Shown here: piece after piece, positions 25,760 to 39,100 of the stretch | Numbering within the stretch: the stretch's first letter is position 1 | How the letters are laid out: each line of letters begins with the position of its first letter | Assembly: GCA_013239625.1 (NCBI GenBank) | Contig: MU053934.1 | Location: 5,970,399 to 6,034,398 of the forward strand | Direction of reading: 5' to 3' | DNA from: Lama guanicoe | Lineage: Eukaryota | Length of the DNA stretch: 64,000 nucleotides | Translations under genes and position numbers: made by a program | Notes under the pieces: model-generated | Database searches by the model: none | Told to the model about the DNA's origin: nothing | Seen by the model: the letters and a program-made list of their open reading frames with translations, nothing else

Positions 25760-27450
25760 ATACTTATAATACACTCACATACCTTATTTAACACTGTACA
25801 TACAATATTTTGCATATTTGTCTTTTCACTCAACATCAGATTGTTGGGAGCTAAGTCGATTCTTAGTTACACTCATTGATTTTGACTTGTATAGTATTCC
25901 ACTGTATAAATATATCAACTTATCCATTCATCCCAGATATTTCCACTGCCTCCAGTTTTGTATAACAATGTTGCAAAGGACAGGTAAGTACTTACCTTCT
26001 TGGAGATGTGCATTCTTTTAAAAAAAATGAAATAGTTCATCTTGATCACCGCAAACATTTATGTATCCTATGGTTTTTCAGATCCTGTGGTATTTCAGAT
26101 CTGTGTTTCTGGTGGAAATGCAGCTTTCATTACTCAGTTTTTGTTTTTTTTTTTAACATGATAGTGTTACACCACAAGTTGTTTGGCTGTTTTTAGTCAG
26201 TGTTGTGTTTGTGACACTTATCTGCAATGCATATTTTAAAAATTTGTTCACTTTTTTTCTATAGCATTCCATTCTATAAATATTACGCAACAGCGGGGTG
26301 GGACAGAGGCAGGAGGGTGATCTGTCCCAGATGCAGGTAATAAAGAGGTGCAGTCGGTAGGAAATTTAAATATAATGGAACTGAGCTGGAGTTAGGATGC
26401 TTTTTATTATCATCCTGTGCTGGCAATTTGAAACAATGTCAATGCTAAAATATTCCTCCCTGTTTGGGCAGACCATTCCCACCTTCTTGGTGCCTCACTG
26501 TACCACAATTAATTGTCCATCCCACTCTTGATGGGCATTTGGGTTGTTTCCCAGGTGGAGCTGTTATGAAGGGAGCTGTTGACCACATTTGCACGTGTCT
26601 TGGTGGACACATCACAACCCGTTTTGGCAGCGATCTACCCGGGGTGGAGTTGCTGGTCTTAGGATGTGATTATTTTCAGTGTCAGTGGTCACTGCCAAAC
26701 AGTCTCTCAAAGTGGTTGCACCAATGACCGTGTTGACCAGCTCCACATCCTCTCCAGTGTGTGGGATCATCTTTTGTATTTTAGCCATTCCTGTGAGAGT
26801 AAAACCACATTGTGATTTTAATATGTTTCTCTGAAGACTAGTGGAATTAAGTACCTTTTCATGCTTTTTGTGATGTGCCCGTTCAAGCCTTTTGCTCACT
26901 TTTCTATTGAGTTGTTTCTGGTATTCTGAATATGAGTTATTTAAAATATATATTGCAATTATTTTCTCCATCTCTATGACTTGCCTTTTCACTCCCTTAA
27001 TGATGTCTTTTGAGAAACAGAAGCTACTTATTGCTGCCTAGTGTACATCATATGAATAACCCATTGTAATAGCAAACCAAGGATGTTAAACATAGCTTAA
27101 TGTGTTCATCTTCTCCTTACTCCCAAGGTCTTGAAGATACTCTGTCTCCTAAAGTATCTGTAGTTTTATCTTTTACTGTCAGGATTTTTTGAATTATGGT
27201 AAATTATGCATTCACATAAACTTGATAGTTTTAACCGTGTTTAAGTGCACAATTCAGTGGCATTAAGTACATTCACAGTCCTGTGAATTGCTTATTCTTG
27301 TCCTTTGTCCAGTTTTCAACTGGATGTGTATTCTCGACGCTGATCCTTTGTTATCTGTGTTGCAGTGTCTGTTTCTACCCTGTCACCATGTCTATTAACT
27401 TTTGTGGTATCTTCGGTCAGTTTTTCACTTTTTGACACAGGCAAATTTTC
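25760..27450 (-). mobile_element. Old degenerate L1M fragments between CHADL and RANGAP1
   Basis: AT-rich block with GATGGGCATTTGGGTTGTTTCC motif; decayed ORF2-like translation KRQVIEMEKIIAIY. Confidence 0.65.
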
Positions 27451-29160
27451 TTACGACTTGTGCTTTTCGTATGTCCAAAAAATGCTCTCCTGTTTTATTT
27501 TTCTTTTAAAAATATGGCTCTCAGGCAGCTGGATTTGGGTCACTGTGAATCTTGGTGCATGACTGTGGTGTAACTGCTTCCACCTTGTCCTGTCCCCTGC
27601 CCTCTGAGCTGGGTTCATCACCCACATGCATGTGCCCACACACCGTTCAGTCTCCTTGCTGAACTAACGATGGACTGCAATTTTCTTTGCTCAGCGTTGC
27701 TATTGATCCGTCTGCTGTGTATGTGGTGTGCCCTTGGCGTAGCTGATGCATTTTCACTGTCGTAATGTCACATCGTGCAGCTCTGCTCCTAATCCGCTTT
27801 CTTGAGCTGGCCTGTGAGTTGCTTCTAAGTTCTCGCTGTCACAACAGTGCTGCTAGGAGCCCCCTCAGCCAAGCTTCCTGGGGGTTTTTAGTCCAAGCTT
27901 CAGAAGAGAACTGATGGTTTGTTAGCTCCTGGCCCGCAGCTGAGCTCCCTTCAGTGGGTGGCCTGGTGCCAAGCAGGCTCTCCGCACCTAGGGGGTCACA
28001 GCAGGCCCCAAGTCGCTGTGCTCAGGGACTCGGAGCCTGTGTGATCCTAAGGTTGGCTGAAATCCTTGGGGGTGTTTGAGTCGGGCGGGGGGAGTCCCAA
28101 AGGCTGCTCTCAGTAAGCAGCAAGTAGAGGCCCCCAGGCCCTTCCCTGCACCTGGAGCTGGTCTGAAGGACTGAGCAGGAGAGGGGTAGGCAGAAGCCTC
28201 ACTCCAGGACCAACAGGATCCTCCTCAGTGTGTGGGCTGGAGGCGTGTTGGTTAATTAATCGAGATCTGTGGTTCTCCTCTCAGTATGAGCTGAAGCTTG
28301 GACACGCAGGAGCGAGGAAGGTACAAAGGCCAGCCTGGGTGGCCTGGAGGGAAGGAACACCCGGGCCAGAGAACCTCGGACAGGTCCCCATTCAGTTCCG
28401 AGCCGGTTTCTCCATCTGTCAAATACCACATGTGAAGTCTTATTTGAACTCGACTCAGCTCTTACACCTCTTAACTCTTGAGAAGGCTTCTCTGACCCTA
28501 CTGCCCACCATCTGGGCCACAGTTGTTGGCCTCCTGTATCAGACTGGGAGCTCCCCAAAGGCTGCACTCGTGGCCCCAGAGCTCAAAACAGGGCCTGGCA
28601 TGAAGTTGGGGGTCTTGGAGTTGGACCTCCACCTGCCTCCTGCATAGCACCTGGATATGGGGCGGAGGGGAGGAGAGCAAGGCGCGGGCATCACTTCTGC
28701 CACCTGGCTGAGAAAGATGCTGCCTGAGTGGTCCACAGCCAGTAAGACACCCAGCCCCCTAAGAAACCTCAGAGGGACCTCTTCATTCCTGCACCTGCTA
28801 TCTAGGGTAGGCGGCAAAGAGTCTGCCAGGCTGTCCTCACACCATTGTGGCAACAGGAGGGACCCCAAGGGAGGCCCTGCACCCTCCCGGACGGACCCCT
28901 GTAAGTTGCCACCCCTTCCAGGCACCCCACCACCCAGCTGTCAGAGCCAAGCTGGCAGGCCTGCGACAGAGGAAGTGTCGGGCTGCCCCAGGTGATGACA
29001 CAAGGTTGGGACAGCAGCTTCTCTGCAAGATGGACCATCTCTTACAGACGAAGACAGGGTCACAGTGCCCACACGGAGGGGGGACTACAGGTACTAAGGC
29101 CTTGAGAATGGCTTGCTTTAGGCAAAAAGTTACTCAGTCTCCACTGTTGCTACACGTGAC

Positions 29161-29166
29161 TTTATT
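29161..29166 (-). terminator. RANGAP1 poly(A) signal AATAAA (3'UTR about 0.95 kb)
   Basis: tttatt on +; first canonical signal I found downstream of the stop on -. Confidence 0.75.
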
Positions 29167-30112
29167 TGTGAAGCCTTGGGCACAGCCCAGACACATAAAG
29201 AGCACAAGGGGAAAGCAGAGGGTGTCACGGGGCATCTCCAGTGCAGCCCTGCCCCGCCCTGCCCCAGGTCCCTAGGGGTGCCCGAAATGCAGCTCGGGCA
29301 TCTGTGGGCCCTGCCTCTGCCCCCTGGGCTAGAGAACAGGTTTGGGCCTGCCCAGATGCCCCTCCAGCTTGGCCCCCAGGCAGGTCACAAACATCTTAGC
29401 AGCCAGGGGAGGGCCCACCGGGTGTGGAGCCAGCACCATCCAGGCAACTCCAGCTCCTAGACCCTAGTGTCTGCCCCCTGGCTTCTCCTCCTGTCCACAG
29501 TGTGGGTGCCAGGGTCCTGCCCTCTGCTGACCACCCCACAACCCCACCCACTGCAGTCTCTGCCCCTCAGGCTGAGGGGTCAGCACAGCAGGGATGGACG
29601 GTAGGGCAGTGGTGGCTGCAGGACCAGGGCTTGGTGACAGGAAGCAGAGGCAGCCATAGAGTGAGCAGCCCCAGGCAGGGCATGAGTACACCCAGCCACA
29701 GCGTGGGGTGGGAGCGGGTGGGACAGCGCAGACAGCAACTCCCCAGCTTTGGTACAGCCCCAGAGAGTAAAGATGACAGGGTGGGTGGGGACAGCCGTCA
29801 GGGCCTGGAGCCTGCACGCAGATCAGCGGAGTGTCCTCAGATGGTGGTGAGTTTAATGGCAGAGCAGCCTGCAGCCCTTCCACCTGGGGGCCGGCTCCCC
29901 TCCAGCAGGACCAAGGCCAGTCCAGCAGGGAGACATTAAAAACTCAAACCCTGACAAGAAGCACACATCCGCACACACGCCACGCCAACACACGTACTCA
30001 GAAGACACGACACACGACAGAGATCCCCGTGCTTCTGGCCAGAGTCCTCCATTTGAGTCTCTTCCCAAGTCACTGGTCCAGGCCGAGGGATGGGGAGAGG
30101 CCCACCTTGCAT

Positions 30113-30182
30113 CTAGACTTTGTACAGCGTCTGCAGTAGATTGTGGCGGGCAAAGGAGCAGGATTCCAGAGCGCCGTTGGGC
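30113..30182 (-). CDS. RANGAP1: RANGAP1 exon 16 coding part
   Basis: acag|[23 protein letters not shown]. Confidence 0.95.
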
Positions 30183-33100
30183 CTGTGGGGAAAGAAGGGT
30201 AAGCAGGCGGGGTGGGGACACTCCCAACAGCATGAGCTAAGGCCCAGGGACTGAGACAACATCTCCTGTGGTGGGAACAGGTGTGGGGAGAGTGCACCTC
30301 GCTGGGGGAGAGGCGAGGCTGCAGTCAGCTCTGCTTTCCACAAGGGCCGGTCCAGCTGCAGTGGGAGGAGGTTTGGGTGCGGGGAGCGTGATGGAGAGTC
30401 CACCCTGACTGAGGAGGCAGTGCTGTGCAGACGGAACTCAGACACTGGTGGCAAAGAGGCCAGGGCACCAACTGGGTCCGGGAGGCCGGCGTGTGTTCCT
30501 CACCCCCCACCCCATCTAGGTTGCCCCGCCACTTACTAACATGCTGTAAGCACCCTGACTGATGGCCTGGACCCCACCTATGTTGCCTGTCCCCCGAGGC
30601 CCTTCCCCAGCCCCGCCCCCTGCCCCCTGCTTGGATTCACCAGAAGTGTGGCTGGTCAGAGCCCTCAGAGACAACCTCACCCCCACCCCTGGGTTGGGCA
30701 AATGCAGAGACTGAGGACTGGGGAAGGCCACACAGGGCCTCAGTGAGGACGGGGACAAGCCGACCAACCCATCCCTGCTGGCCCTGGGCCCTGTGGTCTG
30801 GAGGCTCCTTTGTAGTTGACTGTGGCCAGTGCCCCACCGTGGCCAGGACCCTTCAGGATGAGGGCAAGGTTTCTATGTCTCTGGGCAGTGGGCTTCCCCA
30901 GGAAAGGGGCTGTGGCTGCAGCAGGCCAGTGTGAGCAGGCCCCTTCGGCCAAGGCTGCTGAGGGAACGGACACAGAACTGCTCCCAAGCACGGGACAGGG
31001 ATCGGTAGCAGGACTGTGGCAAATTCCTTATCTGACCCAGTGCTTACTCCCTCATCTGGAAAATGGGGGCCACCGCACGTCCTCTGTCTCTCTCTTTCAA
31101 GGAAAGACTGTCCCTGAGCCCTGCATCCTCACAGGGGTGGTGACTCAAACACAGATGCCAAGAGCCCAGGAGGCGTGTGGGCCTCTGACACACCCCAGTG
31201 ATCCGGCCAGGAAGCCTCAGCTGACCAGCACTGGCCACATGAGCTGACGAGGGCACACTCACTTGGTCATGAACGCTAGCAGCAGGGGTGCAAGGGCCTT
31301 GGGGAAGTAGTCCTGCTGCACCATGTGATTCAGTGCCATCAGAGGGCCGTACAGGTTGGCAATGGCCTTGACCTTGTCTTCACTCTGCAAGGGAAACACA
31401 GCAAGAGGCAGGGTGAGCTTCCAGGTCACCTGGCGGACCCCAAGTCTCATCCAGCCCCTGCTGAGAAAGCCCCACGGGCAAGGTCAAGCTGAATCCTGTC
31501 ATGAAGGCCGAGGCTACTTAAGCAGACCCAGGCCCCACCGGATGGGTGGGTGTGGCCGGAGCAGCCTGGGGCGTGCTCCCTCCCTCTCCCTGGGCCTGCG
31601 CTCCCTACGGCCGCACCTTGAGCAGACCCATGTGGATGAGGAGCCGGGTGAGGAAGGTGTTGGAGTTGAAGGAGGATGAGCTGAAGGCCTTCTTCATCAA
31701 AGCATCTGCAAGGCAGAAGCAGCAGAGTCCTAAGGGCATGCAGCCCTTAGGACTAAGAGCACACAGGCTGGGTCCCGTCTTCTTCACTAATCAGGAGGTG
31801 AACCCAGGGGTGGGACGTGGACACAGGTACCAGACTCAGGGAACAGCTAGCACCAGGGGAAGGGCTCGACCTGCTGACTGTGACACCCTGACCCTTCCCT
31901 GTCCTGGCCTCACAAGTAGAACAGGCTTGGGGACCTTGCACAGCTGGGGCAGAGATGAAGTGAGGCAGCTTGCCCTGGGGGAGGTCTCAGCCATTCTGTG
32001 GAGGTGAGGGGAGCAGTCAATGAAGAAGAGGGCAGAGGAGGGGCCACGGGCCCGCAGGGAAACAGAATTCAGGTAACGTGTTCCCACAAAAGCCCAGGGA
32101 TTGGGCTCTCAGGGAGCAGACATGGGGACTCCCACCGGGCCCTCAGCCACCTACCCAGCCTCGTCTCCCACTGACTTCCCACCTCAATGCCACCCAAAGC
32201 ACACCGATCCTGGAGAGGGCACCACGTGTGTTCCCACTCCCTTCTGCCCTTTCCCATGTGCCGTGTCCCTCACCTGCAGGGCCTCGCCTCCGCTCTCTGC
32301 CTGGCCCAACCAGGCCACACTCGGAGGCTCAAACATAAACAAGGTGAAAGGTGACAGGTGCTCGTAATGGAACTGAGAGAACAGGGTGGTAAGAGAAAGT
32401 CTTGACAGGACTAGAGATCCTGGGAAGCCTTGTGGAAGATATAGGGAGAGCAGGCATCCTCCGTGCAGGGTGGAGGGGACCGTGTATGCAGAGGCTCAGA
32501 GGTGGGGACAAGGCTCAGCTCTCATAAACCCTCCTGAGAGGCCCGCCCCCACGAGGGCCTCGTGGCTGGGACTATCTGACCTTCCTGCAGTGGACGTTGC
32601 CCGGCCCAGGTTCTAACGTATTGACCTGTATGGCTTTGGGAAAGGCCTCAGTTTCCCCATCTGCAAAAAAGTGAGAGGAGCGCTCTGGCCTGCTCTGGGG
32701 CAAGAAGCCAACAGAAGAGCAGGTGGGAGGAGAGCAGCTCTGACACGAGCTGCGGGGCAGACGGGTTCCAGGAACTATGTCATCTGAGCCCTGGAGCAGC
32801 AAAGGGGCAGGAGCTAGCCCAGCCGAGCCCCACCCAAACATGTTACCTACTGCATCCTGCACTGCCGTCCTCACTGTGGCTTCGTCCTTGAACACAGAGG
32901 ACACCTTCAGGAAGGCGGAGACCACCACCTCCGGGTCGGACGTGTCAGTCTGAGGACACAGGAGACAATGGCTGGTCACCAGGGGCCAGAGCCCAGGGCC
33001 TTGGCACACAGTGGAGACATGCCTTCTGGCTAGAAGAGGCCTTGGCAAGATGTGGGCTTCTGGTGGGCAAAGACAGGTCCTGCCTGGCCCCATGCTGTGC

Positions 33101-36100
33101 CCTCAGAGCCCAGTGTTGGCCCGGCTACTGAGGCCAAGCTGCACACATACAGTGAGAGACGACGCCTTAAAAGTCACTATCCCTGTGACCCACTGATCCT
33201 TCCTGCAATCTAACCTGATGAAATAACCCAGATGGCAGACAATATCCACATGCAAGAAAACTTTTCACTGACAACAGAGAAAAGTGGAAATAATGTGAAC
33301 CCACAGAAACAGTGGATTGTGATGTGCTACATCCACTCACTGAGAAAGGGCATCAGAGGAGCTCTACTGATGCAGGAAATGATGAGTGGCGCTAAGTGAA
33401 AAGGTGGCCCACACAAAGGTTTGTAGCATATAATCTCAAATAAATACAAAAGGAAAATAAAAAAGCCAAAATATCAAGCCAGCCCTGAGAGCGGCCCCTT
33501 TTATTTCTCTATACAGACACACCTCGCAGACGCTGAAGGTTTGGCCCCAGACCACTGCAATAAAGCAAGTCACGTGAAGGTTCTTGTTTCCCAGTGCACG
33601 TGAAAGTTATGATTACTTATACTGTAGCCTATTAAGTGTGCAACAGCATCGTGTCTAGAAAATCCACATACATACCTTAATTAAAAAACACTTTATTATT
33701 AAAAAATGCCAACCATCATCTGAGCCTTCAGCAAGTCATAATCTTTTGGTTGGTGGAAGGTTTGAAATGCTGTGGGAATTACCAAAATGTGAGAGAGACC
33801 CGAAGTGAGCAAATGCTGCTGGAACAATGGCACCCACCGACTTGTTCGACACAGGGGTTGCCACAAACCTCCAATTTGTAAAAAAAAATGCAGTCACTAC
33901 AAAGCACGATAAAACAAGGTGTGCCTGCATCTATCATTTAACCTCTCTGAGCTCCAGCTTTCCTCATCTGTAAAACAGAATAAAAGGGTCTACATTCCAG
34001 GTTGCCAAGAAGGATACATGAAACTATGCCCAGTGCCCAGAGCAGCAGTGGGCAAACAAGAGGAGCCCCACGATCCTCTCAGGATGATGGATGAACAACC
34101 CAACCAACCAACCACTGAGGCTCGAGCGTGGACACAAGCAGCACGGGACTTGCACAGGGGTTCTGGGCAGGACAGCCGGTCTAGAAGCCACTGGTCCTAC
34201 AGAACGTGCGGAGGGAAGCCCGGGAGTGTGTGAGCACACAGGGGCGTCCTGGGAAAACTCCCTAGTCCCAGCTGTCAGACGTGCCTCAGGCCTGCCCCTT
34301 CTCGCAGCCCGAGAGCCTGTTGGCAGTCTAACCACTGGAGGTGACAGATGTACTGGTCACGCTCATTTACATGTGTATGTATGAAAAAACCCAACACGTG
34401 GCAGCCTCCACGCCCCACGCTGACGGTGCCCCTCCCAATCCCGTGCTCTGCTTGAACCTTTCTCCGGCAGCTCCTGGAGCCAAGGCCCATGCAGGCCCGG
34501 CGTCGGAAGCGCGGTTACCTGCTGGGCTAGGAGCACGGAGCTCTTGGGTCCAAGGCGCAGCAGCTTCTCCGAAGAGGGGAAAGCCAGAAAGGTGGAGACG
34601 TCAGCGGGAGGCGGGGAGGACAGGACGGGAGCGGGTTCCTAGGGACGGGTGGCACAGGTGCTCTGTAGAGGTCCGAATCCGGACTCCTCTCCCAGAACGC
34701 ACGCCCCTCACTCCAGCCAGTCCCGGCTCAGAGCCCACAAATCCTCCAAGCTCCCCATGGGGCGGGGCCCACGGATGCTCAGAGCCCACAACTCCCCCAA
34801 GCACCCCCAGGGACGGGGCCCGCAGATGCAGCCGCCTCTAGGGCGGGCCAAGCCACCTCCCTTGGACTTCAAGGACTTCAAGAGCTGGGTGCGGCCAAGC
34901 CGATCCTCACCATGACATGCGATGCTCCAGAAATGACTCTGGGGCCTAAGTGGACCCCACTGGGAACTGGAGTCTCATCGGACAAGTACTGCTGGCAAGC
35001 GCCAGAGTGGCCCGGAGAACTAAGGACATGCAGCCATTTACTGAACGGCTTCCATAAAACTGGACAAGCTAAACTCAATGTAGTGCTGGGGTCCGGGTCC
35101 AACCCAGAGTTCTCCAGAAGCTTTATTTGGGAACCTATGAGGGAACAGATATGGCAGCCCAGACTCTACCTGCCTCCCAGTCAGGAAAGGGACCCCAAGT
35201 GTCCAAGCTGGGTCACCAACCCAGCCCAGTCTCCGGAATGGGGCCATCCCTACAGGTCGCCAAGATGGGTAGGAAAAAATAACTTCTGTTCAAGATTACA
35301 TTTTATCCTATCTTTAAAGAAAAACTTATATACGTTTCGACCCCCAGAATGGTTGAAAATCCACCTTTAACTTGATAGTCGGTCCTCTATCTGTGGTTCC
35401 GTACCCGCAGTTTCACCCAACTGCAGATCACATAGCACTGCAGTATGTATTTACTGAAAAAATCCACATAGTGGACCTGCAGTATTAAAATTCATGTTGT
35501 TCAAGAGTCGGCTGTACAGCGGGGAGGGTACAGCTCACTGGTAGAGTGCATGCTTAGCACGCATGGGGTCCTGGGTTCAATCTCCAGTACCTCCATTCAA
35601 AATCAACCAACCAACCAACCTGCTCACCCCCTACAAAAACAAAATGTGAACTAAATTTCATTATTTAAAAATAAAAGAGTAAAAGTTTTTTTTATCAAAA
35701 AAGAGTCAACTGTACATAACGTAGCAGCATTACATATTATGTTACAATTTACAAATGTGTAAACACATCTATACCGAGGTAAACGTAAGAAAATTTAACT
35801 ACGTTGGGATGACTTTCTCCTTCCCACAGGAGTGTCCAATCAAAACTAGTCTGCAGCCACTGTGCCTAAGTGGCTTCCACACCCACCACTCCCATGAAGA
35901 TGTCTCAACATCAGGAGACCAGGGCTCTGATCTGCAAACATGGACTCACCCCACTGTCAGGATCCAGAATCTTCCTTGATGGTGTGGTTGGCTCCTCTCC
36001 TTGCTCTCCCTTCTGTGGCTCTTCCTCCTCCTCCTCTTCCTCCTCCTCATCCTCCTCTTCGTCTTCTTCCTCCTCTTCCTCCTCCTCTTCTCCTTCCTCC

Positions 36101-39100
36101 TCTTCATCCTCGTCCTCGTCATCCTCACCCTCATCATCACTGCAGACGACAGCTGGCTAAAGCAGACCCTCTCTGCCAGGTGGGACCGAGAACCCACAGA
36201 CCCCAGCTGGGCGGGAGCCTGCGGGGGGCAAGGGAAGCAGCTGCTCCCAGGGTGGGGATGCATGGGGTCACCAAGGAGCCATCACTCACTTCTCATCACC
36301 CGGGAAGCCCACGCTGTGGACAAGGAAGAGCTAGATTTCATCCCTGTCCCAAAGGAACCCACAATCCCACTGGGGAGACAGAAAAAAGGAAGAAAACTGT
36401 GTGTCACAGCTGGGGCCCAGGGCTCGGCAGGAATACTGCCCAGGCTGAGACGCTCAGGACTGTGCCACCCACACCTTGCTGACCACAGGAAGCTATGGTT
36501 AAGGGTGAGAGACTTCCCTGCCTTGAGGAAGGCGGTTCCATTCCTCCTGGACTGGGGGCCCTCTGAGCCCCTCTCTAAGTCCCTAGTTCCTAGCAGCACA
36601 CAGGGACCAGGCCTGGGGGGACAGGGCTGAGGACTCAACAGTGAATGAAGCCAACCTGAGATGAGAGGCAGATGGGGACAGGTGCCGATGGCCCAAACCA
36701 ACTCCCATCCAGACGGAGGAGGCAGCCCCCTGCCATCCCACTCTCCACCTCCTGGAACCCAGGAAGCCCCGCTCTCTGGCGTCATCCCCTCCTTTTCGCG
36801 GTCAGCCTCTAAGGCTGGTTCCAAGAACAATCCAGAGCCCGCCCCCATCGCTACCCTGGCCTCGCTGCTGCTGCCCCACCTTATCCATTCACGGCAAATC
36901 AAAGATCGTCACTGAGGGGAGGGGACAGCTCAGCGGTAGAGTGTGTGCTTAGCATCCACGAGGTCCTGGGTTCAATCCCCAGTACCTCCATTAAAAAAAT
37001 AAGTAAATAAAAGCCTAATTACCACCCCTCCCAAAAAAGGCAGTCAGTGACCTCCCGAACTCACCCACCCCTAAAGGTGACTGTTCTCAGCACCTGATTT
37101 GTCCCTTCGCTTAATGTGTAACTTAATTATTCCACATCATTCCTTGATCCGTGGTCCCACTTCAATGAGGTCCCATGAGTCAGAGACCTTGACTGTCTTA
37201 CTCTTGCATCCCTGATGTCTAGCCAGTGCCTGACACATGAGAAGGGCCTCAACCAATGGTTTCTGAACGAATAAAGGTAGAAACAAGCGAGCCACTGACC
37301 CAGAGTCCCCTACCTGAGGGACGCCAGCACCCTGGCCATGCTGAAGCCATCCAGCACTTCCTGGAGCTGCTCACAGCCCTCCTCTCCCAGGGTGTTGCCT
37401 GCTCGCAGGGGAGGGAACGGAGGGTCAGGAGGGGGGCCAGGGCCCACTGGGCAGGTCTGTGCCAAGGCCACCACCCCTATTACCATTGAGGTCCAGTTTC
37501 TCCAGCTCGGCCTTGTCCACCATGGCCTCGGCAACAGACAGAGCAGCATCTCTCTTGATTTCACAGAATGACAAGTTCAGCTCCTAAAAAATAAGAGGAA
37601 GGGGTAGATAGAGGAAGGCAGAAACATGGACCAGGAAGCCAGCTTCTACTCTGAAGCCTCCGTCTCCCCGACGTGGGTGTAAGGCAGGCACTGTCCTCCA
37701 GCTGGGCGGACTAACACCCACAACAGCAGTCAGGATGGTCACCCGATGACGTGCCAGGTACTGAATAGGTGTACTCAGTCTGTCCTATAATGGCTCACAT
37801 CACTCCCCTCCTCCTCTTTTAAAAATGAAAAAACTGCAGCTCAGAGAAATGATGAGACTTGCAGTCACAGAGGGAGGATGTAGAAGTGGGCTAGGAACCC
37901 AGGTCCATCTGCCTTTACAGACCAGGTGGACAAGGTACTGCCGCCTTCCCCTACGGTGGTAACCCCGAGTCTGGGGGAGCCTGGAGCCTCGAGGGAGGAC
38001 GCAGGCGGCCGGCTGGCACCTTCAGCTTCGGCAGGCCGCCACGGACAGCATCTGCAATGGCCACGGCGCCCTTGGAGCGAACAAGGCAGTCCCCGAAGTT
38101 GATCACCTCCACCTGCCGCAAGGTCTTCAGCGTCTGCGAGGAGGAAGTGAGGACCAGGGTCAGGGCCCTTCTCCAGCCAGTGCCACACCCCATACTGGTC
38201 ACCACACCGTTCTCTTCCGTATCCAGTCTGGCTACTTCATCAGCTCTTCTCATCACCTCTGGGTTGGCCTCTGGCTAAACCCCCCTTGATGGCTCCCTAT
38301 TACTTACAGGAGCAAGTCCCAAGGAGTCAGCCAGGCCACAAGGCCTCGCCTCCCCCTCAGCATCTCCTCCAGCCCTCACGCACACCTTGAACTCTGGCCA
38401 TTTCAAACCAAGACCAAGCAGGGCTCCCTCCCATGCCTGGGCCTCCCACATGCTGCTTACACCTCTGCCCGAAACACCCCTCCACCCGCCTTGTCCAAAG
38501 TTCACTTGTCCTGCAGAACTTGGCCAAATGTGACTCCTTCCAGAAAGCCTGCCTGAGTCTGATCTGCACTTCTCTGCTTACACCCCATAGCAGCCTTCTG
38601 GGGGTCACAGAGCCCTGCGAGGGTGATAGGCACTGTGGAGCCCTCCCATCTGGAGACCCCGACACCGAGCCAGCCACCGTGCTCCCCGCTCTGCGCTGCC
38701 ACTGATGAGCCACTTCCTCCCCTCCTTGAACCTGGGCTCCTGAAGGCAGAGTCTCTGACTCCACTCTGTGTGGCCCACACTCAGCACAGGGAGCTGGGCT
38801 GGGGCTCAACAAACAGCTGATGGAAGAATCAATGAAGAAAATAGCCAGGCTGCAGCAGCAGCCTCCACGGAACCTGAGAAAAAACCAGCACCAAAAGCTG
38901 GGGCTGCACGGAGGCAGCTCAGACACGCAGAGCTGCCCAAGAACGGCACGGGGAGCTCGTGACACACGGTCCATTTTGGATGTGTTCACATGGTTAAGCT
39001 CACGGGGACACACCAGGTGGGTGGGGAAGGGGACAGAGCAGCCAGACCCCATCTGCTGGGGCCTGATCTGGCCCCGCGGCCCTGCCTCACCTTGGCCATG

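Noticed and set aside
34726..34827. CRISPR-like or other prokaryotic repeat-spacer system
   Set aside because: Only two adjacent units with no spacers and no cas genes; the window is intron-containing mammalian DNA
35870..36630. Plus-strand poly-Ser, poly-Pro and hydrophobic 'signal peptide-like' ORFs
   Set aside because: Antisense readings of the RANGAP1 poly-Glu codons
35521..37038. SINE heads as tRNA genes; SINE pair flanking RANGAP1 exon 11 as a circRNA driver
   Set aside because: They have SINE tails and TSDs and no intact cloverleaf ends; both copies are in the same orientation, so they cannot pair with each other
37399..37404. GAGCAG tandem (NAGNAG) acceptor at RANGAP1 exon 10
   Set aside because: GAG is a rarely used acceptor; no evidence of alternative use from sequence alone
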